32,000 nt of DNA from Candidatus Saccharimonadota bacterium (GTDB taxonomy: Bacteria; Patescibacteriota; Gracilibacteria; UBA4473), in the NCBI GenBank assembly GCA_963677105.1, contig OY781871.1, forward strand, positions 510,001 through 542,000, given 5' to 3'. Under the pieces are notes generated by a model. That model made no database searches, had not been told where the DNA came from, and saw only the letters and a list, made by a program, of their open reading frames with translations. This document shows, one piece after another, positions 8,829-17,100 of this stretch. Position numbers and translations under genes: made by a program. Position 1 is the first letter of the stretch. The number at the start of each line of letters is the position of its first letter.

Positions 8829-8904
8829 AAAAAAAGACCTGGTAATATCCGGGTCTCTTTGATCTTCCAAAATTGGAAGTTATAATTATTTACCCCTCGT
8901 CAAA

Positions 8905-9441
8905 ATGACAGACGAAAAAGCAGCGGTAGCAGCGGCCGCCTCAGAGAAACCTGCAAAAACATCTTCGAAGGAGGCTCCTAAAAAAGCAAAAGAAAAAAAA
9001 TATGTTAATCCTTTTAACGAAGCGGATCCATTACAAGCAAAGTTAGTGAACTGTATCATGAAAGGAGGAAAAAAATCTCTTGCACGACGTATTTTGCGCG
9101 ACACATTTGATGAAATGCATCGTCGTGGAGAAGCTGATCCGTTGGCGACATTTGAAAAGGCACTTCAAAAAGCAACACCGACAATGGAGGTTCGACCTCG
9201 TCGTGTTGGAGGTTCCATTTATCAAATTCCAGTTGAGGTAAAACCACAACGACAAGGAACATTGCCAATTCGTTGGCTATTAGCAGGAGCTCGCTCAAAA
9301 AAAGGACAGCCAATGTATAAACGACTTGCGACAGAGCTAATAGACTGTGCAAGTGAACAGGGGTTTGCGTTTAATAAACGTGAGGATGTTCACAAAATGG
9401 CACAAGCAAATAAAGCATTTGCTCACTTAGCTCGATACTAA
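8905..9441 (+). CDS. rpsG: 30S ribosomal protein S7 (with Ala/Lys-rich N-terminal extension)
   Basis: The core LVNCIMKGGKKSLARRIL...MEVRPRRVGGSIYQIPVEV...RWLL..AR......M..RLA.ELIDA....G.A..KREDVHKMA.ANKAFAH is S7. The first ~30 aa (MTDEKAAVAAAASEKPAKTSSKEAPKKAKEKK) replace the usual MPRRG N-terminus. Confidence 0.95.
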   Translation: MTDEKAAVAAAASEKPAKTSSKEAPKKAKEKKYVNPFNEADPLQAKLVNCIMKGGKKSLARRILRDTFDEMHRRGEADPLATFEKALQKATPTMEVRPRRVGGSIYQIPVEVKPQRQGTLPIRWLLAGARSKKGQPMYKRLATELIDCASEQGFAFNKREDVHKMAQANKAFAHLARY

Positions 9442-9475
9442 GAGAATATATTTTTACAATATTGTATACATAAGG

Positions 9476-9502
9476 AACAGGGTCATGTACGACCCTGTTT
9501 TT
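9476..9502. terminator. bidirectional rho-independent terminator after rpsG
   Basis: A 9-bp perfect stem AACAGGGTC (9476-9484) / GACCCTGTT (9491-9499) with a 6-nt loop, followed by a T-run on the + strand. It abuts the stop of the convergent minus-strand gene (9501-9503). Confidence 0.8.
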
Positions 9503-9929
9503 ATTTCACGCTTTTGCTTGGAGAAAACCCGGCTTCAATAGCTTGTTCTTTTGTGGCAAAGAAACGTCGGTCTTTAATCTTTACTCCTCGCGCCCATGTA
9601 GTTGTTGCTGGGTAGAACTTTCCTGTGTTCGCGTTCCCGACAAAAGGATATTGTCGAAATTTTAGATCATTCGCGTTCGGAACTTGCCCAAGAAAGACGT
9701 CCCCGCTTTCATCTAAAAAATGTTCTTCACTCCATATTACTCGCACGTTTCCGTCGATTGAGAGAGACAAACGATCTCCTTCTATTCGAGAGAGCGTAAC
9801 AGTTGACATTTCTTGTTTGATCGGGGCAATGTTCATCGTCTCAGAACAGGTCGTTTCTCTGCCTATGCCAAGGATAAAGCCAACCAGGGCGGCTATAACT
9901 ATCCAGAGAAACGTTTGCCAATTTTTCAT
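9501..9929 (-). CDS. membrane-anchored hypothetical protein with Cys-less sunset/Ada-Zn-like C-terminal motif
   Basis: It has an N-terminal TM/signal anchor (WQTFLWIVIAALVGFILGIG). The C-terminus GKFYPATTTWARGVKIKDRRFFATKEQAIEAGFSPSKSVK follows the pattern K(Y/F)H.P.C....I....R..F.S..EA..AGYRPCK.C of small sunset-type domains, but all Cys positions are substituted. Confidence 0.5.
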   Translation of the reverse strand: MKNWQTFLWIVIAALVGFILGIGRETTCSETMNIAPIKQEMSTVTLSRIEGDRLSLSIDGNVRVIWSEEHFLDESGDVFLGQVPNANDLKFRQYPFVGNANTGKFYPATTTWARGVKIKDRRFFATKEQAIEAGFSPSKSVK

Positions 9930-9951
9930 TTAAAAAAGTTAGGGAGGGGTC

Positions 9952-11043
9952 CTACAAAGTACGAACATATGTCTGATTCCCAAGATTTTTAAGAAGACCT
10001 TTTATTTCAAGTATTGAAACAACAGAACTTGCAACGGTTTTGGGGAGATTGGCCAAACGAAGAACTTCGTCGATGTGCAGTTCGTTGTGGTCGTCGAATA
10101 TATTGAGGACAAGATTTTCATTTTGTGTCGCAGGAAGCGCCCGTTTTGCAGATTTCTTTGATGCTAAATTATGAAACGACAATGTTTGTAAAATCGATTC
10201 TCCACTAAGGGCTGGGGCGGCATTTCCGATTGAGATGAGATGGTTACAGCCTTCTGAGTTTTTTGAAAATATTTCTCCGGGGACGGCGAAAAGATCACGA
10301 TTTTGTTGGATAGCTAGTTCTGCGGTTATGAGACTTCCAGATTTTGTGGCTGCTTCCAAAATGATTGTCGCGCGAGATAGTCCAGAAACAAGACGATTCC
10401 GAGTGGGGAAATTTTCTGGACGACACTCTGTTCCTGGTAAATACTCAGACAAGATTGCCCCGCGATGTTCCGAAATGAATCTTTCGGCAAAGGACTTGTT
10501 TGTTGCAGGATAGATTGTGTCGATTCCATTCCCTAATACAGCAATTGTGCGGGATCCATGTTCTAATGCAATTCGATGTGCCACGAGATCTGCTCCGAAG
10601 GCTAGACCAGAAATGATAGTTACGCCAGAATCAGCAAGTTGGCCAACAATTAGTTCGGCAGCTCTTTGTCCATAGCGGGATAATTTTCGAGAACCAACAA
10701 CGGAAACGGAAGGAAAATCGTCTGCTTGGAGATCTCCACGACAAAAGAGGAGAACAGGTGGATTATGGATCTGTCGAAGATGAAGAGGATATTCAGGAGC
10801 ATCACAGAAGAGGATTTGTGCGCCACATTTTTGGAGAAGAGAAACTTCTTTTTCTGGAGAAATTTTGTCACGGTTCGCAAAGAAAGACTTAATTGCACGA
10901 ACGTCAATGCCAGCTTTTTGCCACTCAGAGATATGGCTTTTCCAGACGCGTTCCCAGTCATCGTTAAAGAATCTTTTTAGGTGTCCATACCGAGTAAAGG
11001 TAAGATTACACGCACGATGAATTGCAACAAGAAACGAAATCAT
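9952..11043 (-). CDS. dprA: DNA-processing protein DprA (Smf)
   Basis: The Rossmann-like DprA core is present: VSVVGSRKLSRYGQRAAELIVGQLADSGVTIISGLAFGADLVAHRIALEHGSRTIAVLGNGIDTIYPATN...PTRNRLVSGLSRATIILEAATKSGSLITAELAIQQNRDLFAVPG. I chose the start at the ATG 11043-11041, which forms a TAATG overlap with the upstream stop. The track start at 11070 would overlap by 28 nt. Confidence 0.92.
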   Translation of the reverse strand: MISFLVAIHRACNLTFTRYGHLKRFFNDDWERVWKSHISEWQKAGIDVRAIKSFFANRDKISPEKEVSLLQKCGAQILFCDAPEYPLHLRQIHNPPVLLFCRGDLQADDFPSVSVVGSRKLSRYGQRAAELIVGQLADSGVTIISGLAFGADLVAHRIALEHGSRTIAVLGNGIDTIYPATNKSFAERFISEHRGAILSEYLPGTECRPENFPTRNRLVSGLSRATIILEAATKSGSLITAELAIQQNRDLFAVPGEIFSKNSEGCNHLISIGNAAPALSGESILQTLSFHNLASKKSAKRALPATQNENLVLNIFDDHNELHIDEVLRLANLPKTVASSVVSILEIKGLLKNLGNQTYVRTL

Positions 11044-11744
11044 TATTTCTGGTACGTTGTTTTGCCCCAAGCGTCAACAACACACAATTCTCGTGGACAA
11101 GTCGTTATGATTTCTGGACGGCTACCTTCTTGGACAACGAGTTGGTCTTCAATTCGAATCCCAAACTTTCCTTGAAAATAAATTCCTGGTTCGCAAGTAA
11201 GAACATCACCAACGCGGAGTATTTCCGAGGAATTGGAACCAATTCGCGGAGGGACGTGCACTTCTTTTCCGACACCATGTCCCAAGGTATGAATAAAGAG
11301 AGCGGCATCTTCTTTTAATTTAGTTCGAACACTTGCATCTAACTTGGAACACTCTGTTCCTGGTAAAAACAGTTTCAATGCGGCAGCATGAACGGAGAAT
11401 AATTTTGAGAATTTCTCAGAGAAAAAGGAATCAGGATTTCCGAGAGAAAACATCCTTGTGCAATCGGAACACCATCCCTCAAAGACAGCACCACAGTCAA
11501 TTAAAATTGAGTCACTAATACATAATTCTATATTAGTTGGTTCATGGTGCGGTTCCGCTCCCCCAGCCCCAAACGCAACAATTGGAGGAAAAGCGAGAGA
11601 GAAATTTTTCACACAAATAGCATTACATATTTTTTCGAAAAGTTGTTTTTCGGTTATCCCCGCTCGCAGCCACTTTGGTAAACGTGTTTCTAAAATACAA
11701 TCTACATGTTTAGCTGCACGCTTCATTGCTTGTATTTTTTCCAT
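11043..11744 (-). CDS. M24-family metallopeptidase (Xaa-Pro peptidase-like catalytic domain only)
   Basis: A pita-bread fold signature with all five metal ligands: ILIDCGA, CSDCTRMF, HTLGHGVGKEVH, VLTCEPGIY, GIRIEDQLVV. At 233 aa it lacks the N-terminal creatinase-like domain. Confidence 0.8.
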   Translation of the reverse strand: MEKIQAMKRAAKHVDCILETRLPKWLRAGITEKQLFEKICNAICVKNFSLAFPPIVAFGAGGAEPHHEPTNIELCISDSILIDCGAVFEGWCSDCTRMFSLGNPDSFFSEKFSKLFSVHAAALKLFLPGTECSKLDASVRTKLKEDAALFIHTLGHGVGKEVHVPPRIGSNSSEILRVGDVLTCEPGIYFQGKFGIRIEDQLVVQEGSRPEIITTCPRELCVVDAWGKTTYQK

Positions 11745-11810
11745 TACAAATAGCCTACCCGTGATAAAGAAAAAGGAAAGAACGCTTTTTCAGTGAATTT
11801 TCATTTACTA

Positions 11811-11841
11811 CAAAAAAGTCGCCCAAGTGAGCGACCTTTTC
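11811..11841 (-). terminator. rho-independent terminator downstream of secY
   Basis: The minus strand reads GGTCGCTCACTTGGGCGAC followed by TTTTTT (stem GTCGC/GCGAC, 11818-11822 / 11831-11835). It is flanked by A- and T-runs, so it may work in both directions. Confidence 0.5.
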
Positions 11842-11865
11842 TATTTTTATAAAGAAAAAATGTTT

Positions 11866-13167
11866 TTAGATTTTGTTATAATCATGCATCACCAGTTGAG
11901 CGTTGATTCGACGAATAATGTCTAATACAACTCCCACAACAATAATCATTCCTGCTCCAGAGATGAAGAGAGAAATGGTTCCAGCACCACCTGACATCCA
12001 TTTTTGAAAAAGCATTGGTACAATCGCTACGACAGCGAGGAAAGTTGCTCCCCAGAATGCGAGCCGGGAACTTGTTTTCTCTAAGAAACTTGTAGTTTCT
12101 GGTCCGGGTCGATATCCGGGAATAAATCCTCCACGTTTTTGTATATTTTCAGCAACCTTTTTTGGTTCAAATGAGATTGAAACATAAAAGAATGTAAATC
12201 CAAATATTAATAATGCATAAAATAAGTTATACCAAGCAGTCGGAGCTCCTGGATTTAAATATTTCAAGAAGAATTCTCCTGTCTGCACGAGCCATGGAGT
12301 GCTTGATTTTGTAAAGAACTGAGCTAATATTGAAGGCATTGAGATAAGTGACACAGAGAAAATGATGGGAATCATTCCCGCTTGATTTACTTTCATCGGA
12401 AGAAAAGATCGCTGCTGCGCTCCACCGCGACGCGTTGCGTACACAACAGGAATTCGTCGATCCGCTTCTGTTACGAAAATTACAAAAATGGCGAGTACGA
12501 GAGTTGCTATAATAAGACCAATTATTACTGGTAGCTCTGCTGCTCGCATCGCTCCAGCGATTTGTCCTGGGACGGTCGACACGATTCCAGCGAAGATCAA
12601 AATGGAAACACCATTTCCAAGTCCTTTTTCAGAAATTAATTCTCCAAGCCACATAAGGAAAAATGTTCCAGCGGTAACGGTGAGCATCATTGGTAACATT
12701 ATGCTCATACTTCCTGTGTCGACGATAGCTCCTCCTGGACTAAATCTATTGATAAGCAAGATCATCCCGTAACTCTGAACGAAAGCCAGAGGAAGCGTTA
12801 ATAACCGAGTGTATTGATTTATTTTTTTCTGTCCCACTTCTCCTTCTTTCTTCAATTCTTCGAGAGAAGGAACAATTACACCGAGCAATTGCATGATAAT
12901 TGAGGCATTAATAAACGGTGTGAGTCCCATTAAAACGATTGAGAAATTCTTCATCGCTCCTCCAGTCAACATAGAAAAAACGCTCAGCATCGATCCGGCG
13001 CCACCTTGTTGGTTCAAAATAAATCGAATTTTTTCAACATCTGCACCAGGAATTGTGATGTGTGCAGCGAGTCGGAAAAGAACAAGAGCAAATACGGTAA
13101 AAAGAATTTGTTTTCGTAATTTAGGGGTTGCCCAAATCTGCTTGAGAGTTGTGATAAGTTTTTCCAT
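11866..13167 (-). CDS. secY: preprotein translocase subunit SecY
   Basis: 433 aa with 10 hydrophobic segments. SecY motifs are present: LRKQILFT..AL..FRL..HI.IPG, MLSVFSMLTGGAMKNFSI..MGL.PFINASIIMQLL, ISEKGLGNGVSILIF, RGGFIPGYRPG..T. Confidence 0.95.
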   Translation of the reverse strand: MEKLITTLKQIWATPKLRKQILFTVFALVLFRLAAHITIPGADVEKIRFILNQQGGAGSMLSVFSMLTGGAMKNFSIVLMGLTPFINASIIMQLLGVIVPSLEELKKEGEVGQKKINQYTRLLTLPLAFVQSYGMILLINRFSPGGAIVDTGSMSIMLPMMLTVTAGTFFLMWLGELISEKGLGNGVSILIFAGIVSTVPGQIAGAMRAAELPVIIGLIIATLVLAIFVIFVTEADRRIPVVYATRRGGAQQRSFLPMKVNQAGMIPIIFSVSLISMPSILAQFFTKSSTPWLVQTGEFFLKYLNPGAPTAWYNLFYALLIFGFTFFYVSISFEPKKVAENIQKRGGFIPGYRPGPETTSFLEKTSSRLAFWGATFLAVVAIVPMLFQKWMSGGAGTISLFISGAGMIIVVGVVLDIIRRINAQLVMHDYNKI

Positions 13168-13189
13168 TTTTATAAATCAAATCGAGTGA

Positions 13190-13217
13190 AATCTACGTTT
13201 TTTTCAGATTTTGGCAA
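13190..13217 (-). promoter_or_regulatory. putative promoter for secY
   Basis: The minus strand reads TTGCCA (13217-13212), a 16-bp spacer, then TAGATT (13195-13190), about 25 nt upstream of the secY ATG. Confidence 0.3.
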
Positions 13218-13276
13218 GTTTTTTGTGCAATGAATCGGAGGAATACGTCTTTTGGGCAACAAATTTTACGAGGGAT

Positions 13277-14137
13277 TTATAATGCGGGGAAAAGGATTTT
13301 GGCATTCTTTACTAACTGTTCAGCAACTTTTTCAACAGGTTCTGCTCGAATTTCAGCGATTTTTTCCACCACTTCGACGAGGGCTGCAGACTCATTTGTA
13401 GAATTTTTTTTGCGAAATTCTTGCGGCGGAAGAAAGGGAGAATCTGTTTCCGTTACAAAATATTCAAGAGGAATTTCTTTCACGACCTCTCGGAGAGTGT
13501 CAGATTTTTTATAAGTGACAATTCCCCCAATTCCGAGAAAAAATCCAGCTTCTTCAGTAAAAAATTTCGCGGCGGCCATGTTTTCTGAAAAACAATGAAC
13601 AACTCCCCTAAGCCCAGTTCCCACAATATATTCTTTGAAAAAAGCAATAGTATCATCAAGGGCATTTCGAGTGTGGATGACAAGTGGCAAATTGTGTTTT
13701 TTCGCGAGTGCAACGTGTCGTAAAAAAGCATCTTTTTGTGCTTCGAAAGCGGCTTCTTTCTCATCATGATACCAATCAAATCCACATTCTCCCACGCCAA
13801 TAACTTTCTCAGAATTTTCGGAAATCCATGCATCAAAGAGAGAAAAAACTTCTTCCACAGTCTTTCCTAGTGGTTTGTAAGAACACATTTTGGAGCGAAA
13901 TCCTGGATCAGGATTCCCAACAAATTTTACATCTGTCGGGTGTAAACCAACCGTTGCGTAACAATTTGGAAATTTTTTCGCCAGCTCAATTGCGGCGAAA
14001 CTGGCTTGTTCATCTGCTCCGATTTGAACTTGCGCTATTACGCCCGCCTCTGTCGCTCGTTGAAAAAGAGCCTCGGTGCTTTCCCATGAAGGAAAATAAT
14101 TATGAGTATGAGTATCGATTATCGAGAAATTTGCCAT
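13277..14137 (-). CDS. TatD-family metal-dependent hydrolase/DNase
   Basis: IIDTHTH at the N-terminus, then GLHP, IGECGFDWY, FLRHV.LAKKHNLPLVIHTR, GVVHCFS, GIGG..TYK, ETDSPFL, which is the classic TatD motif series. I chose the start at MANFSIIDTHTH (14137). Confidence 0.85.
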   Translation of the reverse strand: MANFSIIDTHTHNYFPSWESTEALFQRATEAGVIAQVQIGADEQASFAAIELAKKFPNCYATVGLHPTDVKFVGNPDPGFRSKMCSYKPLGKTVEEVFSLFDAWISENSEKVIGVGECGFDWYHDEKEAAFEAQKDAFLRHVALAKKHNLPLVIHTRNALDDTIAFFKEYIVGTGLRGVVHCFSENMAAAKFFTEEAGFFLGIGGIVTYKKSDTLREVVKEIPLEYFVTETDSPFLPPQEFRKKNSTNESAALVEVVEKIAEIRAEPVEKVAEQLVKNAKILFPAL

Positions 14138-14166
14138 CTTTAGCAGTGTACGCAAAAATAAAGGCG

Positions 14167-14607
14167 ATGCGAAAATTTTTTATTGCGCTTCTTCTCGGAA
14201 TTACATTCTTTCCCGTGGCGAATGCGTGGCGTCGTACGCAACCAATCTACTCTTTTACCCTATCGGAAAGAGTTAAGTCTTCTCGTTATACTTCTTCACG
14301 CTGGAGAACGTCTAGAAATCCTCATCAATATCGATTTTCACGACAGTTTAAACGGACAGACAGGTTGCTGTGGCGAGACATCGTCCCGCAAGAAATATCA
14401 GACGAACAGATTGAGGCACCTATTCCCAAAGATTTTTGCAATTATCATAATTCAATAATTGGTGAATATCTTCCTTCTCAGGAGGTAAAGAATCGTTGTT
14501 GCGTTTGTCTTGATGGATGGAAATGCCAACATTCGGTCGTTGCCATAGGAGAACAATTAGATTGCGATCCGGATTGGGAACCGCCGAACACTACTGGAGA
14601 GGAGTAA
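14167..14607 (+). CDS. small secreted hypothetical protein (Arg-rich N-half, Cys-rich C-half)
   Basis: It has a signal peptide MRKFFIALLLGITFFPVANA. The mature protein has an Arg/Ser-rich segment and then 7 Cys (CNYH..CCVCLDGWKC..LDCD). The long track ORF (13828-14607) overlaps tatD antisense, so the internal ATG at 14167 is preferred. Confidence 0.5.
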   Translation: MRKFFIALLLGITFFPVANAWRRTQPIYSFTLSERVKSSRYTSSRWRTSRNPHQYRFSRQFKRTDRLLWRDIVPQEISDEQIEAPIPKDFCNYHNSIIGEYLPSQEVKNRCCVCLDGWKCQHSVVAIGEQLDCDPDWEPPNTTGEE

Positions 14608-14716
14608 TCAATTTTCGAAACTCAAATTACAAAAAGGAGAAACGGATTCACAGATACATGTTTTTGGTCGCTTGATATCTGCAGTTTGTGCTTTGTGGTT
14701 TTGAGAGCGAGCGACA

Positions 14717-15484
14717 CTATCTCCACTTCCAAAAATATTTCACAGCACTTGAAATATGAATCCAAAAAGTTTTTCGAAAAAGAGAGCTAAATAAATTTCC
14801 TCCAGACAGCCTATTTGGTGAATGTTCAGCAACGGCAGCAGGAACTTGAAGAACTCGCAATCCCTTTTCCCAAACACGACGACAAAAATCCGTGTCTTCG
14901 AGAAATAGAAAAAACCGAGGATCAAATCCCTTCAGAGTTTCGAATAAATCTCTGCGTAGAACCCAAAAACTTCCTTGTGCCCAATCGGCTTCACGAACGT
15001 TCCCTGTCGGAGCAGATGGTAAAATTTGTGAGCAAAAAAGACGTCGTTTTATGAGTCCTAGAAAAGAAGGAAATTTCCTGCAATTTTCTAATATTTTCCC
15101 ATCGCGTGTTTTTAAAACAGGAACAGCAATCCCAGATTTTTTTTCTTTTTTTAGCGCTGCAATCAAGGTATCAAAAACGTTCTTTGTTACGAGCGTGTCT
15201 GGATTTAAAATTGCTAAGAATTCTCCACGACAAAATCGAAATCCTTCTGCGTTTCCTCCTCCATATCCAAGATTAGAAGAAAGTTGAATTACGTGTACAC
15301 GTGATTCTTTTTGGAAAAATTTTTCCAATACTTTTCCGTCGCCACCAGCTTTTGTTGGATTATCCACAATGATCCATTCCCATTCTCCCGGAGGCGGAAA
15401 AGTCAGAAGCGACTTCCAGAGATCCTTTATCCGATTTATAGAACCGAAGTTAACTGTCAGAAGAGAAAGAATTGGAGTTTTCAT
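14717..15484 (-). CDS. family-2 glycosyltransferase
   Basis: ILSLLTVNFGS...WIIVDNPT...NLGYGGGNAEGF......FLAILNPDT...FFLFLEDTDFCRR follows the GT2 (GT-A) pattern, including DxD-like ED(T)D. Confidence 0.8.
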   Translation of the reverse strand: MKTPILSLLTVNFGSINRIKDLWKSLLTFPPPGEWEWIIVDNPTKAGGDGKVLEKFFQKESRVHVIQLSSNLGYGGGNAEGFRFCRGEFLAILNPDTLVTKNVFDTLIAALKKEKKSGIAVPVLKTRDGKILENCRKFPSFLGLIKRRLFCSQILPSAPTGNVREADWAQGSFWVLRRDLFETLKGFDPRFFLFLEDTDFCRRVWEKGLRVLQVPAAVAEHSPNRLSGGNLFSSLFRKTFWIHISSAVKYFWKWR

Positions 15485-15546
15485 CCTGGGCAGTGTACAA
15501 AATTTCTGTCATGAGGTAAACTCATCGTGAATTTTATATTGAGAAT

Positions 15547-16482
15547 ATGACCAATTTCAAAATCTTTTCCGGGAGTAGCCATCCAGAATTCGCACAACAA
15601 ATTTGTGATGAATTAAAAATTCCGTTGGGGAAAATTACAATTAAGCAGTTCGCGTGCGGAGAAACGTATGTTCGATTTGATGAGACGTTTCGGGGGAAAG
15701 ATGTGTTTCTTGTACAAACGGGAAGGACAGGAAATATGAATAATGATCTTGTGGAGTTATTACTCATGATTGATGCGGCAAAACGGAGTTTTGCAGAAAA
15801 TGTACACGTTGTGATGCCTTATTTTGCATATTCTCGGCAAGATAAAATCCATGATGCACGAGAAGGAATTTCTGCGAAACTGTGGGCAAATATGCTTACT
15901 CGAGCGGGCGCAGATCACGTGATTACAATGCATTTACATTCAGATCAAATACAAGGATTTTTTGATTGTCCTGTGGACAACTTATCACCGAGCAGATTGT
16001 TGGTGGAATACTTTAAAAAGAAAAAACTAGAAGATGCTGTTGTTGTGAGTCCAGATGCAGGAGGGGCAAAAGCGGCGAAAAAATTTGCAGATGCGTTAGA
16101 CGTTCCGCTTGTCATTTTGCATAAGACGAGAGCTGCACATAACGTTTCAGCTGTTACGCACGTGATTGGAGATGTAAAAGGGAAAACACCAATTATTGTT
16201 GATGACATGGTTGATACAGCGGGATCTGTGTGTAATGCGAAACAAGGACTTTTGGACGCAGGAGCAAACAAAGATGTTTATTTGGCGACAACGCACCCAA
16301 TATTTTCAGGGCCAGCACGAGACAGATTGTCGGCAGCAGATTTTAAAGAAATCGTAGCGACAGACTCACTGCCTGTTGAAAATCCGCCAAAAAATTATCA
16401 TGTTCTTTCAGTTGCTCCATTGCTTGCAAAGGTAATCAAGAATGTTGCCGAGCGAGAATCAGTTTCTCAGTTATATATGTAG
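15547..16482 (+). CDS. prs: ribose-phosphate pyrophosphokinase (PRPP synthetase)
   Basis: KIFSGSSHPEFAQQIC..L...LGK......F.CGE..V.....RGKDVFLVQ, YFAYSRQDK, HLHSDQIQGFFD.PVDNL, VVSPDAGGAKAAKKFA and the PRPP loop IIVDDMVDTAGS. Confidence 0.95.
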   Translation: MTNFKIFSGSSHPEFAQQICDELKIPLGKITIKQFACGETYVRFDETFRGKDVFLVQTGRTGNMNNDLVELLLMIDAAKRSFAENVHVVMPYFAYSRQDKIHDAREGISAKLWANMLTRAGADHVITMHLHSDQIQGFFDCPVDNLSPSRLLVEYFKKKKLEDAVVVSPDAGGAKAAKKFADALDVPLVILHKTRAAHNVSAVTHVIGDVKGKTPIIVDDMVDTAGSVCNAKQGLLDAGANKDVYLATTHPIFSGPARDRLSAADFKEIVATDSLPVENPPKNYHVLSVAPLLAKVIKNVAERESVSQLYM

Positions 16483-16525
16483 GTGAGTCGCTTTGCTCAA
16501 AATAACAAACTTCAATCTTTAAACA

Positions 16526-17056
16526 ATGAGCTTAGAACTAAATCGATTACTTTCTCGTCATACGGTGAAACATTTTACATCGGAAAAACTTTCACAAGAA
16601 CTGGTAGATAACGCACTAAATATTGCACGAAAAACGCCAACAAGTCTGAACTCTCGTCCGGTTCGCATTTTTGAAATCACAGAACACTTGAAGGACGATT
16701 GGCTTAATCATCAATTGCCCGTTCAAACGGCGACGCATTTGTTTGCGCTAACGTTTAGCACGGAAACGGCAGAAAAGAACATTCGGAAAGGATTTTCAGA
16801 AAAGTTTGATTGTTTTGAAGATGATGAAAAAATAGAAAACTTATTAAACCAATGCGTTCGTAAAGAAGGAGCGGATCATTATGCCGAATTACAGCTGTAC
16901 CTCGTTGCGGGATATTTTTCTGCGAGTATTGAAATGCAGGGAGGAAGTGGTTGTTGGATTCGTGGATTTGATCCAGAAACAGCAAAAAAGGAACTTGGTA
17001 TTCCTGAGCACGAAAGTGTCGGATTATTGTTTGCGGCAGGGGTAGAGCTCAAATAA
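16526..17056 (+). CDS. nitroreductase-family protein
   Basis: The N-terminus L.SRHTVKHFTSEKLSQELVDNALNIARKTPTSLNSRPVRIF is the typical nitroreductase opening (R.S.R.F......e.l..il.aa..aPS..N.QPw.f). Confidence 0.6.
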   Translation: MSLELNRLLSRHTVKHFTSEKLSQELVDNALNIARKTPTSLNSRPVRIFEITEHLKDDWLNHQLPVQTATHLFALTFSTETAEKNIRKGFSEKFDCFEDDEKIENLLNQCVRKEGADHYAELQLYLVAGYFSASIEMQGGSGCWIRGFDPETAKKELGIPEHESVGLLFAAGVELK

Positions 17057-17100
17057 TAAATTTTCAAACTACAAATTTCAGAAGAGGAGTTCTCAGTTCT

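Noticed and set aside
13828-14166. Long 259-aa version of the + strand ORF reaching back to 13828
   Set aside because: Its first 113 codons are antisense to the well-supported tatD gene. A signal peptide begins at the internal Met (14167), so only 14167-14607 is called.
14608-14716. GTCGCT...AGCGAC inverted repeat between convergent genes as a terminator
   Set aside because: The arms are only 6 bp and are separated by a loop of more than 30 nt with no clear U-tract, so this is not convincing as a rho-independent terminator.
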